Shown here one piece after another: positions 22,561 through 33,864 of a stretch of 64,000 nucleotides of DNA (positions are counted from its first letter, which is position 1; each line of letters begins with the position of its first letter). The stretch covers positions 224,001-288,000 of the forward strand of contig CAWDSQ010000007.1 of assembly GCA_963804955.1 (NCBI GenBank), given 5' to 3'. The translations under genes were made by a program, and so were the position numbers. This DNA is from an uncultured delta proteobacterium. GTDB taxonomy: Bacteria; Desulfobacterota; WTBG01; CAIYCZ01; CAIRTM01. The notes beneath the pieces were generated by a model. The model had not been told where the DNA came from. It did not search any database and was given only the letters and a program-made list of their open reading frames with translations.

Positions 22561-25500
22561 ATGAAATTTACCGATCTGTTCATACGCCGCCCTGTTCTCG
22601 CGCTGGTTATTAATTTAATAATCATCATCGCTGGGTTGCAGGCTATCCGCTCTGTCAATGTCCGCCAGTTTCCGCGCAATGAAAACTCCTCCGTCACGGT
22701 CAAGACCGTGTATGTCGGGGCAAACGCCGAGCTGGTGCGCGGCTTTATCACCACGCCCCTTGAGCGCGCCATTGCCTCTGCCGACGGCATCGATTATATG
22801 CAGTCCCAAAGCAGCCAGGGTCTTTCAAGTATCACCATCCGGCTGAAGCTCAACTATGATCCGCTCAAGGCCCTTGCCGAGGTCAGCTCCAAGGTTGACC
22901 AGGTTCGGCAGGACCTTCCTCCCGAATCAGAAGTGCCGATCATTGATGTCGTATCGGCGGACAGCCAGTTTGCGGCAGCCTATCTCAGCTACGAGTCCGA
23001 CATTCTGGATCAGAACCAGATAACCGACTATCTCATCCGCATGGTGCAGCCCCGGCTTTCGGCCATTGAAGGCATGCAGCGGGCCCAGATCCTCGGCGAC
23101 CGCACATTTGCCATGCGCATCTGGCTGCAGCCCGAGCGCATGGCCGCCTTCAATATCAGCCCGCTGCAGGTCCGGCAGGTTCTGGCCTCCAACAATTATC
23201 TTGCCGCCGTCGGCCAGACAAAAGGCGCGCTCATTCAGGTGAACCTGACGGCCAATACCGATCTGCATACGGCCGAGGAGTTTAAAAAACTCGTGATCCG
23301 CGAACAGGACGGCGCAATCGTGCGGCTTGAGGACATAGCCCAGATCGCTCTCGGCGCCCAGGACTATGAATCCGAGGTTACGCTCTCGGGCCAGACCGCG
23401 GTTTTTATGGCCCTGTACCCGCTGCCCACTGCCAATACCCTCGATGTTATAAATCGCGTCCGCACGGAGATGGAAACAATAGAGAAAAATCTGCCCGAGC
23501 GGCATCCGGATGCGCATCGGCTATGACGCGACCGATTACATTAAAAACGCGATCAGCGAAGTGCTCGGCACGTTGATCGATACCCTGCTCATCGTCATGG
23601 TTGTTATCTTTCTGTTTCTCGGGTCGATGCGCGCCGGTGTTTATCCCGATCGTTGCCATTCCCTTGTCACTTATCGGCGCTGTTTTTGTAATGCAGGCCT
23701 TCGGCTTTACCATTAACCTGCTGACGCTGCTTGCTATCGTGCTGTCGGTGGGGCTGGTGGTTGATGACGCCATCGTGGTGGTTGAAAACGTGGAGCGCCA
23801 TTTGAGCGGAGGGCAAATCCCCCCTTGATGCGGCGCTGCTCGGGGCGCGCGAGCTTGTGGGCCCGATTATCGCCATGACGGTCACCTTAGCGGCAGTGTA
23901 TGCGCCCATCGGGCTGCAGGGCGGCCTTACCGGCGCTTTCTTCAGGGAATTTGCCTTTACCCTTGCCGGGCGCGGTCATGATTTCGGGCATTGTGGCGCT
24001 CACCCTGTCGCCCATGATGGCTTCAAAAATGCTCAAGCCGGGCTTGAGCGAGCATGGGCTTGCGGGCCGTATCGAGCGCGATTTTGCCCGGTTCAAGGAA
24101 CTGTACGGCCGCCTGCTGAACGTAACCCTGGATGCGCGGCCGGCAGTGTATGTGGTGTGGCTGGTGCTGAGCCTTGCGGCCATACCCATGTTTATCATGT
24201 CTCCCGCCGAGCTTGCTCCCATGGAGGATGAGGGCGCCATATTCAGCATTGTCGATGCTCCGGCAAATTCGGCCCTTGAACTGACCGCTCATTTTATCCA
24301 TGCTGCAGATAAAATTTTTCAGGCCATTCCTGAAACGGACTTTACCTTTGAGGTTATATTCCCCAGCTCGGGTTTCGGCGGTGTGATTACAAAACCCTGG
24401 AAGCGAGCGCAAGCGCACGGTGCAGCAGATACTGGCCGAGATGCAGCAGAAGCTGCGCTGCTATACCCGGCGTACGGCTTATGTCGATCACCCCGCCGCC
24501 ACTGCCCGGCGGAGGTGATTTTCCGGTCGAGTTTGTCATAACCTCGACAGCCAGGCCTGAAGAGATTCTCGCCATTGCCCAGCAGATGCAGCTGAAGGCT
24601 ATTGAGAGCCGCATGTTCGCTTTTCCGCCGCTTATTGATCTGAAAATGGATCAGCCGCCAGTCCGAGCTTGTCATTGATCGCGACAAGGTGGCGGACCTT
24701 GGCCTCAATCTCCAGCAGGTCGGCGCTGATGTGGCCTCGATGCTCGGGGGCAACTATGTCAACCGCTTTAATATTGCCGGTCGCAGCTATAAGGTCATCC
24801 CGCAGATCCAGCGCAGCGACCGTCTCAACCCGGACCAGCTGCAGGAGATGTATATCAACGGGCCCAAGGGCCAGCTCGTGCCGCTCCGTACGGTCGCGGA
24901 AATAAAAAACTCCACGGTTGCCCGGTCGCTCAACCGCTTTCAGCAGCTCAACAGCGTGAAAATCAGCGGCGTGGCAATACGCCCTCTTGATGAGGCGCTG
25001 GGTTTTCTTGAAGCCGAAGCCGCAAAAATTCTGCCCGACGGCTACACGATCGATTATACGGGCGAGTCGCGCCAGCTCAGGACCGAAGGGCAGAAATTTC
25101 TGCCGGCCTTTCGTCCTTGCCATGGTGCTTATTTTTCTGGTGCTTGCAGCACAGTTTAACAGCTTTCAGCGATCCGCTTGTCATTCTTGCCGGCTCAGTG
25201 CCCCTGGCCATGTTCGGCGCGCTTATCTTCATGTTTCTGAAAATGCCCAGCCCCAATGTACCATTTTTCACAAACGGCTGGACCACGACGCTCAATATTT
25301 ACTCTCAGGTGGGGCTGGTGACGCTGATCGGGCTTGTTTCAAAAAACGGCATTCTTATCGTCGAGTTTGCCAACAAACTGCAGGAGCAGGGCCTTGCCAA
25401 GCGCGCAGGCCGTAATCGAGGCTGCCAGACCCGCATCCGCCCGATTCTCATGATCAGTGTTGCAACCATTGCCGGCCACTTCCCTCTGACGCTGGTCACC

Positions 25501-25632
25501 GGCGCCGGCGCCGCAGCCAGAAACTCCATCGGCCTCGTGCTTGTGGGCGGCATGGCCATCGGCACCCTGTTTACCCTTTTTGTTATCCCCTCGATCTACA
25601 TGCTTATCGCCCGCGACCATTCAAAAAACTGA
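22561..25632 (+). CDS. RND efflux permease, AcrB/MexW-like (multiple frameshifts)
   Basis: [40 protein letters not shown]. Confidence 0.9.
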
Positions 25633-25806
25633 ATTCCTTTTTTCCGGCATGCGGCCGAGCACCTCGCCTGCCCCTGAGGCTGTGACGCCAGGCCCGTCAA
25701 TGAAAACGGCTCTCGTCCGCACCACGTGAAGCGCAATAAAAAATATTTCATAATATGAATAAAAAAGCTATACTTAAAACAACTGGAATATATTCCGTAC
25801 GGAGGC

Positions 25807-26552
25807 ATGATGAGAAGTCCTACGCGCAGCACTTTTTTCTTTTTTATACTCGCGCTGGCGCTGCTGCAGGGCAGCCGTGCTTACGCCGATACTGATCGGG
25901 CCCGCGACTGCTTATCTTCTGTTGATGCGGCAGCCCTGCCCCGCTACGCCGCCGGCAAGCTTGACGAAATAAAGCGCATGATTGCTTCTTTTCCCCGGAA
26001 CGAAATCAGCGCAAAAAATGAAGAGCAATCGTTGTATGAACTTATCCGTATTGTTAAGACAACGCAATCAAGCTATCATGCGGTCAACTACGATGTTTTT
26101 GGATGGAATGATGTGCTTGAGTTTTTGTACCGGACAAATGTGGCAGCGGTAAAAAGGGGGATTGCGGTCACCAGAACTTTTATTGTTTCAGATGATACTT
26201 TGCAGAATGCCGTCATGCTTGAAAATCTGCTGGACATTATGGCAACACACAGCAGGGACGGCATCAAGGTGTATTATGGCCTGCACCGGGAGATCATCAA
26301 AGACGCGGGGTATAATCAAATACGCTATGTATCGATGCCGGATTAAGCGATGGTGTGGTTCTGGCCCAGGTGAAGGCTGTCAGCATATACGGGCCGCAGC
26401 CTTCGTATCTTGATATAACGTGGGACAAGGAAATTTTAAAAAAGAAAAACCCCTTCCCGTTTTTGAAAAACAGCGCCCATATTTATCCCTATAATGAAGC
26501 TGCTGAAAAAAAGCTGCGCGGCCTTGCTGCAACTCCCGCGCCGGTGCAGTAG
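25807..26552 (+). CDS. Hypothetical exported protein (frameshift near 26345)
   Basis: GGAGG RBS, signal peptide ending AYA; two abutting ORFs. Confidence 0.55.
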
Positions 26553-26599
26553 GACGGGGCAGTGGTCCGCATGTTTAAAGACGGCCCCCAACTCTGCGT

Positions 26600-27271
26600 T
26601 TATATAATCAGGTAGGCAAGCAGGGTTATTTCTATTGATAGATGGGCAAGAAGGGGCAGGAGCACGTTTTTACGCTTATAGCTCCAGTAGGTGAGAACGA
26701 TGGATAAGAGCAGCATGCCCAATGCCTCCGGAATTGATTTTTGCAGATGAAACAGAAATTCAAAGGCCGGAATGAAACAGGGGCCGATTTTGCCCAGCAC
26801 TGCCTGCAGGTACTTCATGAGAAAAACGCGATGGAGAAATTCCCATCCGATCAGCCACGAGGACAGCCAGATAAGATAGCCCGTCGCATAGGACCACTTC
26901 ATTGCGCCGCTGAGATGTGATTGGGGCTGATAGTACTGGTTGAGCACCGGTATGAATTTGATGAGATAGACGCCGCAGGCGCCCAGCAGCATTAAAGCGA
27001 TCAGCAGCCAGGCATCGGTTTTTTTCCATCGAGCGAACGTAAAGACCCGGATGTCAAGATCCCGCCACATAAGCAGCACGGGAATGCCCAGCCACAAAAT
27101 CGCCGTCGACATTTCAAATCCGTTTTTTAATCGCCAGTAGAATATCGACCAGTCAATGATCCACTGGGTGTGATTCGTCGATAGCGAGTCAACCGTGAGG
27201 GCAAAAACGGCATACAGAACCATTATGATGGCGTATGCTGTTTTTGCAGGCCGCTGTTGAGCGTCTTTCAT
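26600..27271 (-). CDS. CPBP/Abi family intramembrane glutamic protease
   Basis: WEFLHR, FLFH, LAH motifs in a multi-TM protein. Confidence 0.8.
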   Translation of the reverse strand: MKDAQQRPAKTAYAIIMVLYAVFALTVDSLSTNHTQWIIDWSIFYWRLKNGFEMSTAILWLGIPVLLMWRDLDIRVFTFARWKKTDAWLLIALMLLGACGVYLIKFIPVLNQYYQPQSHLSGAMKWSYATGYLIWLSSWLIGWEFLHRVFLMKYLQAVLGKIGPCFIPAFEFLFHLQKSIPEALGMLLLSIVLTYWSYKRKNVLLPLLAHLSIEITLLAYLII

Positions 27272-27334
27272 ATGCAGGGGAATTAAGCTTATGTACGGTT
27301 TTTTCGATGTCCGGTATCCTTGCCAGTGCTGCCA

Positions 27335-27847
27335 TTATTTGAGATAGGTTTGGAGAACTGTTTTGAAGGTTTCTTCAGCGATGCCCGGTGCAGCCTGCCA
27401 CCAGATAACAGTCATGCCCTTTTGAAAGAAGAAATGCTTCAGTCCTGAGCCGGTTGTCTCATATATATCCTGCTCCGGGCCGGGCCTTTTAGCAGGAGGG
27501 CTGAAGCCTGCGGGACCGTCGGCCATTTTGGAGAGCATCCGCTCAAAGGCCCTGCGTGCCTGCTCATCATTCATGAAGGCGCTTATATAGAGAACATTGT
27601 TTGAATCTGCGCCCCCATAGTAGCCCACTGCCGAGGTGGAGCCGCTGTTAGCCTTGCCATGCATATTGTAGATAAGCTTATTGGCTTCAACGCCCTCAAC
27701 CGTGCGGGCAAGGGCAAGGCTGCCTATTGCGGCAGGCAGTTTGGGCGCCGGCGCTTTTTCAGGGCCGGCGCATGATGAAAAGAACGCTATGCAGAGCAGG
27801 CTTTGTGCCGCAATGCGGGCAACTGCTTGTATGGATTGTCTGTGCAT
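27335..27847 (-). CDS. Hypothetical lipoprotein
   Basis: Lipobox-like FSSC; 170 aa. Confidence 0.65.
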   Translation of the reverse strand: MHRQSIQAVARIAAQSLLCIAFFSSCAGPEKAPAPKLPAAIGSLALARTVEGVEANKLIYNMHGKANSGSTSAVGYYGGADSNNVLYISAFMNDEQARRAFERMLSKMADGPAGFSPPAKRPGPEQDIYETTGSGLKHFFFQKGMTVIWWQAAPGIAEETFKTVLQTYLK

Positions 27848-27890
27848 GTCATTATTTCCTTTTAATTTTTTTTGATAAGGTGCTCAATTT

Positions 27891-28613
27891 TCATCTAACA
27901 TTGGAAGCCGGTGCTGTGTCGGGAGAAATATAGAATTCCCGAAACGCTAAAATGCCCATGGTCACATAGCATATCGTTTTGGGAATCATCAGCATGCCCA
28001 CGGCAGGGAAACGGTCGAACAGGAAAACAACCGGGGCATAGCAGGCGAAAGAAACCAGTATGAGTATGGCAATTCGCCGCAGCAGCGTGTCGTTGGCCGC
28101 AAGTGAGTCACGGAGTATCAGGGCAGCCAGCCCGAGCTGCATGAGCATGAGCGGAATATTGCGGTATATGTACAGGGGGCCACCGCCGAAAGATTTGTTC
28201 CAGCCGTTGTCGGGATGCATCATGATGAAACAGCGAATGACGGCAAGGGCAAAAAGAGCCCAGCCCCATATGCCGATATCTTTTTTGTAGCGCGCAGCCC
28301 AGGCCAGTATCATCGCCCCGTAAAACAGCGTGAAGGTTACGGCAGTGGCCAGGCCGCCCAGCGGCACGAGAAATAAATTCGAGCCGAAGATGGTGACCGG
28401 CTCAGCAGTTTTGTTCAGGGCAAACGCCAGCACCTGGAAACCCACATGGGCCGCATCGCCGATGGCGAGAAAGAGAAAGGCCAAAAGGATGAATGCGGCG
28501 GTGCGCCTGTCGGAATCGGAAACCTGCCGCCTGCGCCGCCACATAGCCCCGACAAGACAGCAAATGGTGATCAGGTACAGCACATTGAAAGGCATTTCAA
28601 ATAAAGCGCGCAT
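27891..28613 (-). CDS. Hypothetical membrane protein
   Basis: About 7 TM segments; GDAAHV, RNIP, MIPKT; GAGGAG RBS. Confidence 0.75.
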   Translation of the reverse strand: MRALFEMPFNVLYLITICCLVGAMWRRRRQVSDSDRRTAAFILLAFLFLAIGDAAHVGFQVLAFALNKTAEPVTIFGSNLFLVPLGGLATAVTFTLFYGAMILAWAARYKKDIGIWGWALFALAVIRCFIMMHPDNGWNKSFGGGPLYIYRNIPLMLMQLGLAALILRDSLAANDTLLRRIAILILVSFACYAPVVFLFDRFPAVGMLMIPKTICYVTMGILAFREFYISPDTAPASNVR

Positions 28614-28706
28614 GATGGCAGTCTCCTCCTCTATGGGTTGTGTCAGTTCGTGGCGGTTGTAATCCGTCGTTTTTATTATGTTGTTATCAAAAATTATCTC
28701 AGATGT

Positions 28707-28999
28707 AGATACTATGAAGGAAAGGATCATTTGACAGGCGTCAGTCTCGGGTATGCTTATAAAGTCAGATCAATAACTTTTAGCATAAGGAGACAAACAT
28801 GGCGAACTATCAAATGATCCAAACCGAGGCAAAGGATAGCACAGGTAAGCAGGTTTTGTACATATCCCTTGAACTGTCCAACAAGAAATGGAAACTGACG
28901 TTTGGGGACGGGCAACGCAGGAGGGAGCGAACAATAACATCCGCAGATCTTGCAATGGTTCAGGAAGAGCTGGTCAAGGCGAGGAAGCATTTTAGACTG
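28707..28999 (+). mobile_element. Truncated IS110 copy (left end plus first ~66 transposase codons)
   Basis: High similarity to the reverse complement of 2220-2514, ending at TTTAGACTG. Confidence 0.9.
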
Positions 29000-29033
29000 T
29001 ATGCCAATCTGCCATTTTTTGCTTGTATGATTC

Positions 29034-29113
29034 CGGCGGGTTGGCGCCCGCCCTACGTTCTACCTTCTGTGTTTTGCATTATGTGGTGGATTCGCTGCGC
29101 TTAATCCACCCTA
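29034..29113. repeat. Two CTAC-ended REP hairpins; the first is an empty IS110 target
   Basis: CGGCGGGTTGGCGCCCGCCCTAC and GGTGGATT...AATCCACCCTAC. Confidence 0.7.
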
Positions 29114-29241
29114 CGGCTTCTGTACCCTGATTCCTGATCCCCGACCCCGGACCCTGCTTTTATTAATCCTTCACCTTTACGGTTGACATATGATAGTATA
29201 GATTATATTTCAGTTACAATCATTGTATCGGGAGAATTTTT

Positions 29242-29727
29242 ATGAACGAAATAGCTGAACTGCTGCAGAAAGACGCACGGCTCACAGCCGAAGACATCGC
29301 CTCCATGCTCAACAAGAGCGTCGAGGATGTGCGCGATAAGATTCGCCAGATGGAGGATGACGGCACCATTATTAAGTACAGCGCCGTCATCAATGAAGAG
29401 AAGCTGCCGAAGCAGAAGGACAAGGTCGTTGCTTTTATTGAAATACAGGTGCAGCCCGAGCGCGAAAAGGGCTTTGACGCCATTGCCGAGCGCATTTACC
29501 AGTTTCCGCAGGTTACGTCGCTGTATCTTATGTCGGGCCGCTATGACCTGCTGGTCGTGGTGGAGGGAGACAACCTGAAGGATGTGGCTTTTTTCGTGTC
29601 CGACAAGCTTTCAACCCTGGATAATGTCAAGAGCACGGCCACCCATTTTCTACTGAAGAAGTACAAGGAAAACGGCACCATGCTGTTCAAACAAAACAAG
29701 CTGGAGCGGCTCAATGTTGCGCTTTAA
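29242..29727 (+). CDS. Lrp/AsnC family transcriptional regulator
   Basis: LLQKDAR HTH; YLMSGRYDL; TATHFLLKKYK. Confidence 0.92.
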   Translation: MNEIAELLQKDARLTAEDIASMLNKSVEDVRDKIRQMEDDGTIIKYSAVINEEKLPKQKDKVVAFIEIQVQPEREKGFDAIAERIYQFPQVTSLYLMSGRYDLLVVVEGDNLKDVAFFVSDKLSTLDNVKSTATHFLLKKYKENGTMLFKQNKLERLNVAL

Positions 29728-30856
29728 CAACCGCATCGAGCAGATGCCGCCATCGGGCATCCGCAAATTTTTTGATCTCGTGATCGACGCCAAGGATATT
29801 ATCTCCCTTGGCGTGGGCGAGCCGGATTTTGTCACGCCCTGGCATGTGCGCGAGCGGGTGTTCTATTCCCTGGAGCAGGGCCGCACGAGCTATACCTCGA
29901 ACTGGGGCCTCATGGAGCTGCGCAAGGAAACGGCAAAATATCTCAAAGACCGCTTTGCCGTGACATATGACGCCAACGAAATTATGATTACCGTGGGCGT
30001 GAGCGAAGCTGTGGATATCGCCCTGCGCACGATATTAAACGAGGGCGATGAGGTAATTCTGCCCGAGCCCACCTATGTGTGCTACCGGCCCCTTGCCGAG
30101 CTTGCGGGCGCAAAGGCCGTGGCGGTGAGCAACCCGAGCTTCAAGATCACGGCAGATGATATTGAAAAAGCCGTAACGCCAAAAAGCAAGGTGATAATAC
30201 TGTCCTATCCCTCAAATCCAACGGGCTACACCATCGACCGGGCCGAAATCGAAAAGATAGCCGAGATTGCCCGGAAGCATGACCTGTGGATTATTTCAGA
30301 CGAAATTTATGGCGAGCTCACCTATGAAAAAGAGCACTTCTCCATAGCGGCGGTACCGGGCATGAAGGACCGCGTTATCCTCATGAACGGATTCTCCAAG
30401 GCCTTTGCCATGACAGGCTGGCGCCTTGGCTATATTGCAGCGTCAAACGATTTTCTTGAGCAGGCCGTAAAAATCCATCAGTATGCCGCTCTGTGCGCTC
30501 CCATCATGGCCCAGTACGCAGCCATTGAATCTCTGCAGCGGGGCATGCCTGAAATGGAAGAGATGAAAAAAAGCTACTGGCGGCGGCGCAATTATATGTT
30601 CGAAGCGCTCAATAAAATAGGCATGACGGTGAACCGGCCCGAAGGCGCGTTCTATATCTTTCCTTCCATCGAGTGCTCAAAGCTCTCCTCGGAGGATTTC
30701 GCCCTGGGGCTGCTGGAAAAGCAGCGCGTGGCTGTTATTCCCGGTGATGTATTCGGCCTTGGCGGCGAGGGCCGCGTTCGCATCTGCTATGCCATCGACT
30801 TTGAGCTTTTGAAGGAGTCTGTGGCGAGGATGGAAAAATTTATTAAATCTTTATAG
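29714..30856 (+). CDS. PLP-dependent aminotransferase class I/II
   Basis: SLGVGEPDF, PSNPTG, SDEIY, GFSKAFAMTGWRLG. Confidence 0.95.
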   Translation: MLRFNNRIEQMPPSGIRKFFDLVIDAKDIISLGVGEPDFVTPWHVRERVFYSLEQGRTSYTSNWGLMELRKETAKYLKDRFAVTYDANEIMITVGVSEAVDIALRTILNEGDEVILPEPTYVCYRPLAELAGAKAVAVSNPSFKITADDIEKAVTPKSKVIILSYPSNPTGYTIDRAEIEKIAEIARKHDLWIISDEIYGELTYEKEHFSIAAVPGMKDRVILMNGFSKAFAMTGWRLGYIAASNDFLEQAVKIHQYAALCAPIMAQYAAIESLQRGMPEMEEMKKSYWRRRNYMFEALNKIGMTVNRPEGAFYIFPSIECSKLSSEDFALGLLEKQRVAVIPGDVFGLGGEGRVRICYAIDFELLKESVARMEKFIKSL

Positions 30857-30862
30857 AAAAAT

Positions 30863-30889
30863 GAAGCGCCCCTGCAGGGGCGTTTTTTT
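30863..30889 (+). terminator. Intrinsic terminator
   Basis: GCGCCCC-TGCA-GGGGCG followed by T7. Confidence 0.7.
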
Positions 30890-30907
30890 ATTGAGACGGG
30901 AGTATGT

Positions 30908-31465
30908 ATGAAGTGCCTGTACTGCGCCGAGGAGATCAAAGACGAGGCGAAGCTGTGCCGGTTCTGCGGAGCGCGCCTGTCTGACGGCCAGTGGCAGCCT
31001 CCTTCCGCACCGGCGGGAGCCGCAGGCCGGCGCAGCTTCACCATGCTCACCACGGGCTGGCTGCTGGCGCTGTCCGGTGCGTGGATGCTGGTCATGTGCA
31101 ACTCCCCGGTGCCGCTGTTCGGCTCGGTGCGCGGCGGTATCGTCGCTGTGCTGTACAACGGTGTTTTCGGCGTGCTTATGCTGGCCATGGGATATGCTCT
31201 GGCCGGCCGCAAGCCATGGGCTCTTACGGCAACGGCTGCCGCCACTGCCGCCTATACGCTGGACAAGGTGCTTTTTATTTTCGATACTCCCGCGCGGCTC
31301 GCATCACTGAAAGATGGTTCGCAGCTGCTTAATTCCCTGGGCCCGGGAATGGACTCAATGGTTGATCAGGTGGCGGTGGTGATGGCGGCTTCGTTCCTGG
31401 CGGGCTGGTGGGGGCTTGTTATCTATATTTATCTCAAGCGCGGCTATTTCCGGCAGGATGCATAG
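30908..31465 (+). CDS. Zinc-ribbon membrane protein
   Basis: CLYCAEEIKDEAKLCRFCG plus about 4 TM helices. Confidence 0.8.
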   Translation: MKCLYCAEEIKDEAKLCRFCGARLSDGQWQPPSAPAGAAGRRSFTMLTTGWLLALSGAWMLVMCNSPVPLFGSVRGGIVAVLYNGVFGVLMLAMGYALAGRKPWALTATAAATAAYTLDKVLFIFDTPARLASLKDGSQLLNSLGPGMDSMVDQVAVVMAASFLAGWWGLVIYIYLKRGYFRQDA

Positions 31466-31527
31466 CTCACATCGGGTGGGTGAAACTCAATATTTAGGAA
31501 TTAAGTAAAAAAAGTTCCTCGCCCCCG

Positions 31528-31736
31528 GAGCCTGTGTCGCAATTGATTTATTTGGTTATCTCCAATGCTGAACCTGTATGTGGTCGTTAATTTCATCGCA
31601 AAATTTTGTCATTTCGAAGGAGCGGAGCGACTGAGAAATCTTAAGCACATGCAAAGATCTCTCCCGCAGTCTGCCCTGAGCGAAGTCGAAGGGGTCGAGA
31701 CATGAATATAAAAACAGAGCTTTCGTTCAGCCACTA
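31528..31736 (-). mobile_element. Composite MITE remnant
   Basis: GAGCCTGTGTCGCAATT end at 31528; 31607-31736 is the reverse complement of the outer element at 56307-56619. Confidence 0.7.
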
Positions 31737-31841
31737 TATAGCTCCGGGCTGCTGGAGAAGGGCCTCCGTACAGGCAAAAACAGCATCACGATTCGCTTCA
31801 CGAAGAGAGATATTCTGGGGTATGGATACACTGCCATAAAA

Positions 31842-33374
31842 CTATTTCAAGCTGCCCGTGCAAACGCTGCCGGCACAGGCCGCCCTGCCCTGCGGCTGCT
31901 CGAATACAACCTGGCCGGATACCTGCGGCGCATCGATAAAACCGTAATGCCGCCCCATCCAGTAGGGCAAAATAAAATCAAGTCCGGTGGCCTCATTCAG
32001 GCCCCCGGTGTTCACCTCCCCGTCACCCGTGCCAAACGGGTCCTTCTGCCAGATGAAATACTCCGTCGGCTTGCGCAGATGCACCGGTACGACAAAGTCG
32101 CTCACATCGCCGTAGAGCAGCACCGGCCGCGGCGGATAATAGTCTTTGCCGTGCAGCGGCGAGCTCCAGTCGCGCAGCGGCTTCAGCGACAGTTCCCGCA
32201 GGCTGCGGGTTGCCTCATCCAGCCTGGACGCATCACCTGATGCAGCGGCATACAAAAAGTTAAAATGGGTGTTCCTGTGGTTCTGCACATAGCGCCAGAT
32301 ATGCTTTTCCATATAGTCCGCAACGGTAGCCCTGCGCCGGCGGTCATTGTCCAAAAGGTGTACGGTAAAGCTCCGGGCGAACCTGAGGTTATAGGAAAAA
32401 TAGCCGTCAAGCAGGCTCCTGCGGTTAAACAGCGCTTCGGCATTGCCGTCGTTCAGGCAGAAGGCCCCGGCAAAAGCTCTTTTGTACAGCCGGTCAATGC
32501 GCTTGTACTCAGCCCCGCCAACCCCTTCGCGCTGCTCCAGCGCGGCCCGGTACACCGCCAGCAGCTGCACCCGCAGCAGCCCTGACACCAGAATGGCTGT
32601 GGTTCCTGTTGTGCCCTCATGGTCTTTGATCACGAACCCGGTCGCCTGGAGCCGCCCCCACACGGCGCGGATCACGGCCTGCAGAATGTCTCTGACCTGC
32701 TGCACAGCGGCTGCGGTCTGCGCGCTGTAGCCGGCAGGCTCAAGCTCTGCCAGAGCAACGCCTATACCATACAGAATGCCGGTCAGCTGGTCTCGGGTAG
32801 CCCGGGTATAATAGATCATCGCTGGATAGCAGGCCGACGGGTTGCCGATGTCCGGAATATCAGTTGGGCTCTCATATACATAGCCGCGGTCGATCCGGTC
32901 CTGCCAGGCCTCGGGATAGCGCCACTGCGCGGCCTGCGCAGCGGGAAACGCACACCGGGCAATCACGCCCGGCGTACCGCTCACATGGGTCAGGATATGC
33001 AGGCCGCGCGCAGCTTCAAACACCGCGTCAAGATCGCGAGCCTCGCCTGTCGTGATGAAGCGGTAGACCGCACCGGCGAGATAAAATCCGGTAAAGATGG
33101 CGCTGTCGCCGCCTGTTCCGTACAGGGATGGCTCTCCATCCGCCTCCTCAGCATACCGGCCCTGCCAGATAATGCCGTTCACACTGTGATGCGCCTGATA
33201 GTTTTCCTCAAGCATGGCTGCCCGCGCATACAGATCCCCGTTGCTGACCGCATCGGGATCAAGATCAAGAAGATAGCTTAAATCCTGCGCATGGGCGGCA
33301 GGGCACAGTATGCCCGCAGTCTGGCTGCCGGCCAGCACCATGAGCGCGAGCAGTTTCAGGCAAAGCTTTTGCAT
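31842..33374 (-). CDS. Hypothetical exported protein, about 510 aa, helix-rich
   Basis: Signal peptide ending AHA; GDSAIFTG, TRDQLTG, WQKDPF, LPYWMGR. Confidence 0.8.
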   Translation of the reverse strand: MQKLCLKLLALMVLAGSQTAGILCPAAHAQDLSYLLDLDPDAVSNGDLYARAAMLEENYQAHHSVNGIIWQGRYAEEADGEPSLYGTGGDSAIFTGFYLAGAVYRFITTGEARDLDAVFEAARGLHILTHVSGTPGVIARCAFPAAQAAQWRYPEAWQDRIDRGYVYESPTDIPDIGNPSACYPAMIYYTRATRDQLTGILYGIGVALAELEPAGYSAQTAAAVQQVRDILQAVIRAVWGRLQATGFVIKDHEGTTGTTAILVSGLLRVQLLAVYRAALEQREGVGGAEYKRIDRLYKRAFAGAFCLNDGNAEALFNRRSLLDGYFSYNLRFARSFTVHLLDNDRRRRATVADYMEKHIWRYVQNHRNTHFNFLYAAASGDASRLDEATRSLRELSLKPLRDWSSPLHGKDYYPPRPVLLYGDVSDFVVPVHLRKPTEYFIWQKDPFGTGDGEVNTGGLNEATGLDFILPYWMGRHYGFIDAPQVSGQVVFEQPQGRAACAGSVCTGSLK

Positions 33375-33612
33375 GGCATCTCCTGACAGATACAGGCACC
33401 GGCGATTCAAGAAGTACGAAATCCGGCAGCAACTCACTGTGGAATATTCTACATAAGGATATAGTGCGAGGCCGGCTGTGAGTCAAGGGTACTGCCTGAA
33501 GCAAGTGCCCGCAGAGGGCGGTACGTAAAAACTGAAAAAGCAGCACGCTGCGAAGGTACGGCGTGGTTTCCGGCTTTAAGCGGTATGTACCGCACTGTCT
33601 TTCGGTGCAGCC

Positions 33613-33728
33613 GAAACACGGTTCAGTTTGCATCATAGGGGATTGATACTTGATGGAACATGCTGCAGCCGGATAGGTCACTGTGCTTTAGAACACACCG
33701 GGGCGAGATACCGGCGGTGAAAACGTGA
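33613..33728 (+). pseudogene. Degenerate 3' tail of UmuC/Y-family polymerase (DUF4113-like), copy 1
   Basis: Homologous to 41226-41397 (ACGGTTCAGTTTGCATCAT...GAGATACCGG). Confidence 0.6.
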
Positions 33729-33864
33729 GTCGGTCAGGTATCGCAGGCCGGATATTGATTTTATCATGGACGCCACCCGGGGATTCTGATACATACTACC
33801 TGCTCAAGCACCCGCCTGCCGGGGGAGGGCTTTTGCCTGCTGTACGAAGGGAGATTATACCGCT

